Of a stretch of 64,000 nucleotides of DNA, positions 17,939 through 26,649 are shown piece after piece. The notes below the pieces were generated by a model. That model worked only from the letters and a program-made list of their open reading frames with translations. It did not search any database and was not told the origin of the DNA. Each line of letters begins with the position of its first letter. Position 1 is the stretch's first letter. The position numbers and the translations under genes were made by a program. Origin of the DNA: Gemmatimonadota bacterium (GTDB lineage: Bacteria; Latescibacterota; UBA2968; UBA8231). The stretch spans positions 1 to 64,000 of the forward strand of contig JAYPJE010000019.1 of the NCBI GenBank assembly GCA_038128265.1, given 5' to 3'.

Positions 17939-18721
17939 ATGGAAACCGCTCACCTACCCATTGCCCCCAGCATCGGAGGGGCGCTCGCTTTTGCAGCCGC
18001 CTATTTTCTGGTGGGTATACCGCTCAAAGTAATCGGCGGCATCCTCTACCGATTGCCCATACCGCAAAAAGTTGCCTTCTATATTCTCGCGCCCTTCTAT
18101 TCGCCGCGCTCTTGGCTGCGTAGCCCTGCGCTGCAAAGCGGCCATTTTATCTTTGCCGGACGCACGGCCCTGCAGTGGCTGCTCATATCCCTGTGCACCT
18201 ACGCCCTCTATTGGCATATCGTCAGTCGCTATGCACCGCCTCCCTTCGTGCGGGCCTATATGGCCTTCCCGGCCTTTTATGTGCTGACCGAAACCATGGG
18301 GGCTGTTTTCCGCCTTATTTTTCTCAGCAGCGGACGCCTTATCTGCCCTGTTCACAACAGCCCCCTGCTCGCTCGTTCACTGGCCCATTTTTGGGGCAGC
18401 TGCTGGAACCGCTGGGTCGGCGAGTGGCTGCGCCACATATTTTTTTCTCCCCTTATGCGCTACCCTCGCCTCGGTCTGCTGGCCGCCTTTATCGCCTCGG
18501 GCATTTGGCACGAGCTAATTCTGACCGTCCCACACTATCTCATGGGCCACCCGATCTACTTCGGCCCCATGGCAGCGTACTTCCTTATCCAAGGCCTTGC
18601 CCTGCTAATAGAGCCACGCCACTGGGATCGACGCCTGCAGCGGCTGTACATGTATATCGTCGTCATCGCCCCGGCCCCGCTGGTAGCCAATGCGGCCTTC
18701 TTGCACGCTTTCTTGCTCTAG
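17939..18721 (+). CDS. MBOAT-family (wax-synthase-like) membrane O-acyltransferase
   Basis: PLLARSLAHFWGSCWNRWV and AFIASGIWHE motifs; start placed after the terminator. Confidence 0.75.
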   Translation: METAHLPIAPSIGGALAFAAAYFLVGIPLKVIGGILYRLPIPQKVAFYILAPFYSPRSWLRSPALQSGHFIFAGRTALQWLLISLCTYALYWHIVSRYAPPPFVRAYMAFPAFYVLTETMGAVFRLIFLSSGRLICPVHNSPLLARSLAHFWGSCWNRWVGEWLRHIFFSPLMRYPRLGLLAAFIASGIWHELILTVPHYLMGHPIYFGPMAAYFLIQGLALLIEPRHWDRRLQRLYMYIVVIAPAPLVANAAFLHAFLL

Positions 18722-18785
18722 TTGCCGATTTTTATATGGCTATTTTTAATTGCGTTACACCATTTAACCACTGCAATTAATCGCG

Positions 18786-18813
18786 TTGACGAACGGGATA
18801 CATCCGATATATT
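18786..18813 (+). promoter_or_regulatory. putative promoter TTGACG-N16-TATATT of carH2 (possibly leaderless)
   Basis: -10 ends 6 nt before GTG 18820; no RBS present. Confidence 0.5.
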
Positions 18814-18819
18814 CCCATT

Positions 18820-19779
18820 GTGGACAATTCAATCACCTACTCTATAAAGCTCGCGTCGCAGCGATCGGGGCTCACGGCACACGTTATCCGCATTTGGGAG
18901 AAGCGCTATGCGGCCATTTCTCCCCAGCGCACGGCCAGCGGTAGACGCCAGTACAGCGAAGGCCATATAGAGCGCCTCCGACTACTGGGCCAGTCGACCC
19001 GAGCCGGACACTCTATCGGTCAGATCGCCCACCTATCGGATGAGCAGCTGCGCTCGCTTGTAGAAGAGGGTTCCCAGCCAGCCGTCAGTCCGTCCCCCAC
19101 CGGGGCACCAGCACCGCTTGATACAGTTGGTTCGAGCACGTCCTCCGAAGCCATCGTAGAGCGCTGCATGGAAGCCGTTCAGCGGCTCGACTCGCAGGCC
19201 TTGGAGGGTGAACTGCGCCGCGCCGCGCTGCAGTTCGATCACAACAGCCTTATTTCGCACGTCATTGAGCCGCTTATGGCGACCATAGGGCAGCGCTGGA
19301 GAGACGGCTCGCTGCGCATTGCCAGCGAGCACCTGGCCTCCGTTGTCGTGCGCTCGTTCATCGACACCATCCGATCTGCACTGCGCGTTCCTGACGACGC
19401 ACCGCATCTGCTAGTAACCACCCCGCTCGGCCAGATGCACGAGCTGGGCGCTCTATTTGTTGCCACGCTGGCCGCTACAGAGGGCTGGCGCACCACCTAT
19501 CTCGGCAGCAATATTGCGGCAGACGACATTGCAGCGGCCGCCTCTCAGCAGCGCGCGCGCGTCGTTGCGCTAAGCATTGTTTACTCTATTGACGCCGAGG
19601 TCCTTGCGGAGCAGTTGCACCAGCTGCGCGAGCGCTTGGGCAGCGGTGCCATCATTCTAGCTGGTGGAGCAGGCGCCGCACAGTGCCGCGCTCAGTTACA
19701 GCGCATCAATGCCATTTACATAGACGGATTTGCGCAGCTGCGGCCGACGCTCTCAGCCATCAGGCTTAGCGCCGCCTGA
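18820..19779 (+). CDS. carH: MerR-family B12-binding photoreceptor/repressor (CarH/LitR-like) #2
   Basis: HVIRIWEKRY...GRRQYS, W-x9-EH (WRDGSLRIASEH), GQMHELG, YLGSNI. Confidence 0.88.
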   Translation: MDNSITYSIKLASQRSGLTAHVIRIWEKRYAAISPQRTASGRRQYSEGHIERLRLLGQSTRAGHSIGQIAHLSDEQLRSLVEEGSQPAVSPSPTGAPAPLDTVGSSTSSEAIVERCMEAVQRLDSQALEGELRRAALQFDHNSLISHVIEPLMATIGQRWRDGSLRIASEHLASVVVRSFIDTIRSALRVPDDAPHLLVTTPLGQMHELGALFVATLAATEGWRTTYLGSNIAADDIAAAASQQRARVVALSIVYSIDAEVLAEQLHQLRERLGSGAIILAGGAGAAQCRAQLQRINAIYIDGFAQLRPTLSAIRLSAA

Positions 19780-22016
19780 TGCGCCCGTTTTACATACTCC
19801 TCTGCATTCTCTTTTCGCTGTCCCAATCGTCCTTTGCTGCCACCCTCAGCGGCTTTGTGCGCGATGCCGAAGACGGTGAGAATCTACCCAACGCAACCGT
19901 TTCCTTTGACAGCCTGCGGCTGGGTGCCCTCAGCAACGCAGACGGCTACTACGCCGTGCAAAACGTACCGGCCGGGCGCCACGCGCTGACGATCTCCTAC
20001 ATCGGCTACCGCGTGCAGCGCGACACCGTAGAATTTGCTGAGGGACAGCAGCTCCGACTCGATATAGAGCTGCAAAACGAATTGATCCGCATCGAGGAAG
20101 AAACGGTGGTTACGGCCGACCGCCTGCAGGACGAGCTGCGCCAACAGGCCAGCGTTACCGCGCTGCAGGCCAAGACGCTCGAGCGCCTGCCCGCCGTCGG
20201 CGAACCCGATCTCCTGCGCAGTTTACAGCTGCTGCCCGGCGTGCAGTCGGCCTCCGACATCAGCAGCGGGCTCTACGTGCGCGGAGGGGGCCCCGACCAG
20301 ACGCGCATCCTGCTCGACCAGGTTCCGCTCTACAATCCGGCGCACGCCTTTGGTTTCTTCTCGACCTTTAATCCGGATGCCATCAAGGACATCACGTTTT
20401 ACAAAGGCGCTTATCCCGCTCAGTATGGGGGCAATCTCGGCGCCGTGCTCGACGTGCAGAACATCGAAGGCAACCGACGCCGCATCAGCGGGCGCGGCGG
20501 CATCAGCCTGATCTCTGGCCGGCTGCTGACCGAAGGCCCCATAGAAAACGGATCGTGGCTGCTAGCCGGCCGACGCACCTACCTCGACCCGGTTCTGGCG
20601 GCAGTGCGTCGCAACGGCATCGATGTGCCCGACTATTATTTTTACGACCTAAACTTCAAGGTACACCGCACGTTCGGCGATGCCGACACCATGGTCCTGA
20701 GCGCCTACTGGGGCCGCGACCTGCTCGACTTTGCCCTCGACCCCGACGCCGAGACCTACTTTAACATTCGCTGGGGCAACCGGGCCGTGAGCGGACGCTG
20801 GAAGCGCGTTTTCACCCCGGCGCTCTTCGGTCGCTTCACCGCATTCTACTCCGAGTACGAGAGCGATATCGGTCTGAGTTTTTTCGAGACGCCCATCGAC
20901 TTTGGCAACAAGGTCCGAGACGTGTCTTTTAAAGCGGATGTCGACTACTTTATCGGCTCTAATCACACCATTAAAAGTGGATTGCAGCTGAGTCACTACG
21001 CATTCGATTTCGCCTCATCGTTTAATCGCCAAGAGCAGTTCGACCTCAATACCAACCCCTTGCTGCTATCGGCCTACGCTCAGGACGACTGGCAAATAAC
21101 CCCGCTTACCGACCTGCGCATTGGGCTGCGCTCCAGCTATTTTAGCGAGGGCGCACGCGCCGTTTTAGAACCGCGCTTTTCCCTATCGCAGGTGCTGCAG
21201 CCCGGCTGGCGTTTTAAGCTGGCCGGCGGCCTTTACCACCAGTATTTGCAATTGGTCACTTCCGAGGGCTTTAGCGGGGGCGACTTTTGGGTTCCACTCG
21301 ATGAGAGCGTGCCACCAGGCCGGTCATGGCAGTTGGTAACCGGCCTGGAGTGGGAGCCTTCACAGCGCTACAGGCTGAGCGCCGAGGCCTATTATACCGA
21401 CCTCGACAACCTAGTGCTACTCGACAACGACAGCGTCGCCGACAGCGACCAGACGCGCTCCATCGACGTCTTCAAGACGGATGGCAGCGGCTATGCAACG
21501 GGCCTAGAAATCTTTGCGGAAAAGCGCACGGGGCGGCTGCGCGGCTGGCTGGGCTACACGCTGGGATGGACGCGGCGTACGTTCCCAGAAATAAATGAAG
21601 GACGCACATTCCCCCCAAAATACGACCGCCGCCACGACGCGTCGCTGACAGCGACCTACCGAATCGGCAAGTGGATTGCCAGCACCAGCTTTGTCTACGG
21701 AACGGGCCAAGCCTTCACCCCGGCAGCGGCCCGCTATCAGCTGCGCGATCCGGCCACGGGAATTTTCGAAGATCGCGCCCTGCCGGCGGAGCGCAACAGC
21801 GGGCGCCTCTTGCCCTATCACCGACTCGATGCCGGCATGCGCCGCTCCCTTGCCCTATGGGGCAGAGACGCAGAGGCCTTTATACAGATATTCAACGTCT
21901 ACAGCCGGCGCAACGAGTGGTTTGTGCAATACAATACCGAAGATCCGGCCACCGAACCGGAGGTGGTTAAGATGCTGCCCATCGTGCCGACGTTTGGCCT
22001 CAACTTTTCTTTCTAA
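19779..22016 (+). CDS. TonB-dependent receptor with N-terminal carboxypeptidase-like domain
   Basis: Signal peptide, ISYIGY, plug LQLLPGVQ...VRGGGPDQ, C-terminal GLNFSF; TGATG coupling to carH2. Confidence 0.9.
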   Translation: MRPFYILLCILFSLSQSSFAATLSGFVRDAEDGENLPNATVSFDSLRLGALSNADGYYAVQNVPAGRHALTISYIGYRVQRDTVEFAEGQQLRLDIELQNELIRIEEETVVTADRLQDELRQQASVTALQAKTLERLPAVGEPDLLRSLQLLPGVQSASDISSGLYVRGGGPDQTRILLDQVPLYNPAHAFGFFSTFNPDAIKDITFYKGAYPAQYGGNLGAVLDVQNIEGNRRRISGRGGISLISGRLLTEGPIENGSWLLAGRRTYLDPVLAAVRRNGIDVPDYYFYDLNFKVHRTFGDADTMVLSAYWGRDLLDFALDPDAETYFNIRWGNRAVSGRWKRVFTPALFGRFTAFYSEYESDIGLSFFETPIDFGNKVRDVSFKADVDYFIGSNHTIKSGLQLSHYAFDFASSFNRQEQFDLNTNPLLLSAYAQDDWQITPLTDLRIGLRSSYFSEGARAVLEPRFSLSQVLQPGWRFKLAGGLYHQYLQLVTSEGFSGGDFWVPLDESVPPGRSWQLVTGLEWEPSQRYRLSAEAYYTDLDNLVLLDNDSVADSDQTRSIDVFKTDGSGYATGLEIFAEKRTGRLRGWLGYTLGWTRRTFPEINEGRTFPPKYDRRHDASLTATYRIGKWIASTSFVYGTGQAFTPAAARYQLRDPATGIFEDRALPAERNSGRLLPYHRLDAGMRRSLALWGRDAEAFIQIFNVYSRRNEWFVQYNTEDPATEPEVVKMLPIVPTFGLNFSF

Positions 22017-22969
22017 TGCCCATGCGATATACGCCGACTCACCTAGCGCATAGGACGACTGCCCTGGCACTGCTCATGCTGCTATCCGCCTGCTCGGCCG
22101 ACCGCAAACCAGGCGAACTCTTCGGTCCCAGCGAAGCCGGCATGTTGGTCATAGATGCCATTCTCATCGTCGACCAGCCACTGCCCGACCTCTTTCTCAA
22201 ACGCACGATCGCACCGGGGGCCACGCAGACGGCAGAGGCCCTGGCCGTCGATGACGCACAGGTCGTTTTGCGCACCGGAGACTCGACCTACCGCTACGCG
22301 TCCGACCCCGACTCGTTAGGCCGCTACCTCCCCCCAGCCAACGCCCCCATCGTCCAACCGCAGCGCCTGTACCAGCTCGAAGCCAGCACGCCCGATGGTC
22401 AGTCCCTGCGCGCGCAGACGACTACGCCGCAGCGCATCAGGGTTGAGCAGTTTCTTCTACTCGACGAGGAAACGCTGCAGGTCGATCGTCCGCTGGCGCT
22501 GTTTTCCGAGAAGGGAGACGGCGTATACGAAGAGCGGGCAAACCAGGTGCCCTATCGCCAAGGGCTGCTCGAAGTACGCCTAAGCGCAAACGACATCGAG
22601 GCCTACCAATTGGCAATTTTCAATTTGGAAACGGATTCTCCGCTGCTTATTGAAGCCGATTTCTTAGAAGAAGACGATCTGGAAGAATTCGATCGATCGG
22701 GCGCATCGCCCCCCCTAGCCATTAGCGACGGGAACGCCCGTTTGCCCTGGTTTGGCATCGCTTTTGAAGGTCGCCATAAGTTTCTGATCTACGCTCTCGA
22801 CAAGAATTGGTACGACTTTGTGCGCACAGATCCCAACAGCGACGGTGGTGGCGGCGGCGGCCTGCTTGGAGACCAGTTTCAACGACCCATTTTCAACGTG
22901 GAAGGCGGCATCGGCTTTTTCGCTTCCACCGCGGTCGATTCCGTTGGCTTCACCGTATACGTGCCCTAA
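22016..22969 (+). CDS. DUF4249-family lipoprotein
   Basis: Lipobox LSAC, C-terminal NVEGGIGFFAS; TAATG coupling to the receptor. Confidence 0.75.
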   Translation: MPMRYTPTHLAHRTTALALLMLLSACSADRKPGELFGPSEAGMLVIDAILIVDQPLPDLFLKRTIAPGATQTAEALAVDDAQVVLRTGDSTYRYASDPDSLGRYLPPANAPIVQPQRLYQLEASTPDGQSLRAQTTTPQRIRVEQFLLLDEETLQVDRPLALFSEKGDGVYEERANQVPYRQGLLEVRLSANDIEAYQLAIFNLETDSPLLIEADFLEEDDLEEFDRSGASPPLAISDGNARLPWFGIAFEGRHKFLIYALDKNWYDFVRTDPNSDGGGGGGLLGDQFQRPIFNVEGGIGFFASTAVDSVGFTVYVP

Positions 22970-22978
22970 CCCGGCGCA

Positions 22979-23878
22979 CTAGGCATAAATCGCACGCGCC
23001 GCGCGGTGCACCTCGGCATGTAAATCGGCCGTCTGCTCGGCCGTGGGCGCATACCCCCCAGACATCAGCAGCACGAGCGGCGTGCCCTTGGCCGCCAGCA
23101 TCTCCAACACCGCCTGCTCCCGTGCGCGCAGCCCCGCTCTGCTCAGCGCCAACCGACCGTAGCGGTCCCCTTGGACCACATCTACACCAGCCAGATAAAA
23201 GGCGATATCCGCGCGCGCCTCGTCGAGCACCTGCGGCAGGTGCTCGGCCAGTCGCTCGGCATACTGATCGTCGTCTGTGCCATCATCCAGCTCGACATCG
23301 CGCGACGATTTTTCCTTTACAAAGGGATAGTTTTTGGCACCGTGCATCGAGAAGGTATACGCCGCCGGATCACCGGCCAATGCCGCCGCCGTGCCGTTAC
23401 CCTGATGTACATCCAGATCGATAACTACGCCCCGCTCAATCGCTCCTTCGGCGACCAGGGTGCGGATGGCTACCGCCATGTCGTTAAACACGCAAAACCC
23501 CTCGCCGTGACCGGGGAAAGCGTGGTGCGTGCCACCGGCCAAATTAGCGGCGATGCCGTCCTCCAACGCCATGCGCGCCGCCGCTAGCGTTCCCTGCACG
23601 GCCAGGCGCGAGCGACGCAGCAGCGCCTCTGACCAAGGCAGCCCCATGCGGCGCTCCTCGCGACGCGCGAGGTCCCCGCGGCGAAGCTTGTCCAGGTACG
23701 ACGCTTCGTGCACGCGCAGCAAGTCATCCCAGGCCGCTTCGGTCGGCTCGCAAATATGCTGTGGCAACAGGAGCCCCTCCGCCAAGAGAATGCGCTGTAA
23801 AGCGGCAAACTTGCCCATTGGAAAGGGATGGTTGGCGGGCAATTCGACGACGTATGCGGGACTGTAACTGACGCGCAT
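22979..23878 (-). CDS. histone deacetylase family protein
   Basis: HPFPMGKF, GGTHHA, GFCVFND, IDLDVHQGNGT, GGY. Confidence 0.92.
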   Translation of the reverse strand: MRVSYSPAYVVELPANHPFPMGKFAALQRILLAEGLLLPQHICEPTEAAWDDLLRVHEASYLDKLRRGDLARREERRMGLPWSEALLRRSRLAVQGTLAAARMALEDGIAANLAGGTHHAFPGHGEGFCVFNDMAVAIRTLVAEGAIERGVVIDLDVHQGNGTAAALAGDPAAYTFSMHGAKNYPFVKEKSSRDVELDDGTDDDQYAERLAEHLPQVLDEARADIAFYLAGVDVVQGDRYGRLALSRAGLRAREQAVLEMLAAKGTPLVLLMSGGYAPTAEQTADLHAEVHRAARAIYA

Positions 23879-23923
23879 AAAACAGACCTTAACTGCGCGT
23901 CACAGAGCGGGCAACAGGCTGCA

Positions 23924-24808
23924 TCAGCCCAGCTTCGCCGACAGCGCGCTCTCTACGTCGGATAGGGCGAATTGAAAACCCGCATTGAGCAGCTTGTGCG
24001 GTTCGACGCGCTGACTGGCCAACAGCGCGTCGTCTGCCATTTCTCCCAGCGCCATGCGCAGCGCAAACGCCGGAACGGGAAAGGGGGTCGGACGGCGCAG
24101 AGCGCGCCCCAGCGCGCGCGTGAAGTCGGCGTTGCGCACCGGATGTGGAGCGACCACGTTGACCGGGCCACTCAGCGTACGCGCACTTAGCATCCAGTAA
24201 ATGGCCGCTACGGCATCGTCCAAATCGATCCAACTCATATACTGCTGACCGCTCCCCAAACGGCCGCCCAGGCCCAGCTTGAAGGGCAGGTACATTTTGC
24301 CGAGTGCACCACCGGCGCGATCCAGCACGATGCCGAACCGCGCGTGAATGACCTGCGTCGGCGCCGCCGCCGCCGCCGCCTCCCAAGCCTGCCCCAATTC
24401 TGCGAGAAACCCGCTGCCCAGCGCACTGTCTTCCGTGAGGACTTCGTCTCCGCGATTGCCGTAGATACCCACGGCGGATGCGCAAACAAACACCTCCGGT
24501 CTGCTATGGGCGTGTTGCAACGCGTTGACTAATAGGGCCGTACTGCCCATCCTACTCGAGCGTAGCTCGGCTTTTCTGCGCTCCGTCCAGCGCCCTTCGG
24601 CAATATTGCTACCTCCCAAGTGGACCACGGCATCGACTCCATCCAACGCCGCCTCATCGATTTCTCCGCGCACTATATCCCACCCAAACTCCTCTTCGCT
24701 TTCTGGCTTGCGCCGCACGAGACGAGCAACGGTATGACCCTCAGCACACAGGAGACGGGCCAACGCCGATCCGATAAGGCCGCTGCTCCCGGCCAATAGC
24801 ACCCTCAC
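23924..24808 (-). CDS. TIGR01777/YfcH-family NAD-dependent epimerase
   Basis: GSSGLIG, SAVGIYG, GLGGRLGSGQQYMSWI, SQRVEP. Confidence 0.9.
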   Translation of the reverse strand: MRVLLAGSSGLIGSALARLLCAEGHTVARLVRRKPESEEEFGWDIVRGEIDEAALDGVDAVVHLGGSNIAEGRWTERRKAELRSSRMGSTALLVNALQHAHSRPEVFVCASAVGIYGNRGDEVLTEDSALGSGFLAELGQAWEAAAAAAPTQVIHARFGIVLDRAGGALGKMYLPFKLGLGGRLGSGQQYMSWIDLDDAVAAIYWMLSARTLSGPVNVVAPHPVRNADFTRALGRALRRPTPFPVPAFALRMALGEMADDALLASQRVEPHKLLNAGFQFALSDVESALSAKLG

Positions 24809-24809
24809 T

Positions 24810-25910
24810 TCACACCTCCTTCCACGCCGCGCGCAGCTGCTCCGACAGCACCGCTCGCTCTGAGGCCGGCCCGACCGTTATCCGTATGCAGCGATCGAGC
24901 GGTGCTACCCCCGGCATGCGCACAAAAACACCGCGTTCCAATAGGGCGGTCATCAGCGCCCGCGCCCGCGTTCCATCGCCCGCGTCGAGCGCTACGAAAT
25001 TTGTTGCCGATGGCACGATAGCCGTGCCAAGTGCGCGCGCCAGATCGGCATACTCGCCCTTACCGCGCTCCACCTCGGCAACCACGTCGCGCACGAAGTC
25101 GTCATCGTCGAGCGCAGCGAGGGCACCGGCCTGCGCCACGCGGCTGACGCCAAAGTGGTTGCGCACCTTGTCGAGCGCCTCGACCAACGGGGCGGGCGCC
25201 ATAGCATACCCGATGCGTGCACCCGCCATGCCATAGGCTTTGGAAAACGTGCGCAGGTGCACTACGCGCGCACGGTTCAAGTCAGGGGCTAGTAGCGCGC
25301 TTTCCGGCGCAAAGTCGGCGTAGGCCTCGTCGAGTAACAGCACGCTCGTGTCGGGAAGATGCGCGACAAACTCGGCCAGCGCACCACGGTCGTGCCAGGT
25401 GCCCATAGGGTTGTCGGGATTAGATACATAGACGATTTTGGGCGCGACCGCACGCGCCGCATCGGCCAGGGCAGATAGATCTTCGCAATCGTCTCGGTAG
25501 GGCACCTTGTGCAGGATGCCGCCGTAGCCTTCGACGTGGTAGTTAAACGTCGGATACGCGCCCATCGATGTGAGCACCGCGTCGCCGGGATCGACGAGAA
25601 GGCGCACGAAAAGCCCAAGTAGATCGTCGATGCCGCTGCCCAGGGCAATTTCCCCGCGCTGGAGACCGTGCTTTTGTGCCAGCGCTTCGCGCAGCACATA
25701 GCCCTCGGGATCGCCGTACCAGTGCACCTGCTCGATGGATTGGACCATAGCCTCATGCGCACGCGGCGACGGACCAAAATTGCTCTCGTTGGCTCCCGTG
25801 CGCACGCTCAGCGGGCGGCCCAAGCGGCGCTCCAGCGCCTCGGGAGGTACAAAAGGCACTACCTGCGGCAGCGCAGCAACGGTGCGCGAAAATTGCCAGT
25901 CTTCTAGCAT
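24810..25910 (-). CDS. PLP-dependent class II aminotransferase (HisC-like)
   Basis: GANES, NPDNPMG, DEAY, RTFSKAYGMAGARIGY; start reassigned to ATG 25910. Confidence 0.85.
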   Translation of the reverse strand: MLEDWQFSRTVAALPQVVPFVPPEALERRLGRPLSVRTGANESNFGPSPRAHEAMVQSIEQVHWYGDPEGYVLREALAQKHGLQRGEIALGSGIDDLLGLFVRLLVDPGDAVLTSMGAYPTFNYHVEGYGGILHKVPYRDDCEDLSALADAARAVAPKIVYVSNPDNPMGTWHDRGALAEFVAHLPDTSVLLLDEAYADFAPESALLAPDLNRARVVHLRTFSKAYGMAGARIGYAMAPAPLVEALDKVRNHFGVSRVAQAGALAALDDDDFVRDVVAEVERGKGEYADLARALGTAIVPSATNFVALDAGDGTRARALMTALLERGVFVRMPGVAPLDRCIRITVGPASERAVLSEQLRAAWKEV

Positions 25911-25989
25911 GTGTTTCCAGTGGCTGGCCGACCAGCCCCTCCTTACTTTCGTATATACTGCAATTTTACTGCGGCGAAAGGGCACTGAT

Positions 25990-26649
25990 ATGACGGGCTT
26001 AGCCCCCCACGAGCGCACGGCTTTTGGCCTGCGCCTACCCAGCGCCACCCACCCCGAACTGCGCCTTGTAAAAGGGCGCAATGCACCGCGTCAGCAGGGC
26101 CATAAAGCGTGGAATGCTGGATGGTTACTCATGGACTTTCTACAGCGCCATCCCCTCGCACCGCAGGCGCGCGTGCTCGACGTGGGCTGTGGCTGGGGCT
26201 TGGGTGGCATCTTTTGCGCGCGCGCGTTTGACGCCCGCGTCACGGCGACGGATATCGACCCACTGGTGTTCCCCTTTGTCGACCTGCACGCGCGGCTTAA
26301 TGACGTTGACATCGCCACGCAGCCGCTGGATTTTTCCCGCGTCGACAAGGCGCTTCTGGCAAGGCACGACATCGTTATCGGAGCCGATATTTGCTTTCGC
26401 CAGAATATGGTGCAAACCGTGCTGCAGCTCGTAGAACGCGCGCTGGACGCCGGCGTCGAGCAGCTGCTCTTGGCCGATCCTGGACGGCCCTCTTTCCTAG
26501 CGCTAGGCCGCCACTGCGTCGAGCATCTGGGTGCTTCTCTACAGGAGTGGACAACCGTCGAGCCGCTCATCGCCTGGACGGGCCAGCGCCCCACTATCCG
26601 CGGCCATTTGCTGCTGTTGGGCCCGTGGCCTACCCCGTCTCCGGCATAA
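25990..26649 (+). CDS. class I SAM-dependent methyltransferase (lysine MTase/METTL21-like)
   Basis: HKAWNAG, VLDVGCGWGL, IGADICF, LADPGR; start at ATG 25990. Confidence 0.8.
   Translation: MTGLAPHERTAFGLRLPSATHPELRLVKGRNAPRQQGHKAWNAGWLLMDFLQRHPLAPQARVLDVGCGWGLGGIFCARAFDARVTATDIDPLVFPFVDLHARLNDVDIATQPLDFSRVDKALLARHDIVIGADICFRQNMVQTVLQLVERALDAGVEQLLLADPGRPSFLALGRHCVEHLGASLQEWTTVEPLIAWTGQRPTIRGHLLLLGPWPTPSPA

Noticed and set aside
5020..22969. Carotenoid biosynthesis cluster expected next to CarH
   Set aside because: No crtB, crtI, crtE or crtY-like ORF is seen. The FAD enzyme has COG2907 motifs rather than phytoene desaturase ones. Such genes could still exist outside the window.
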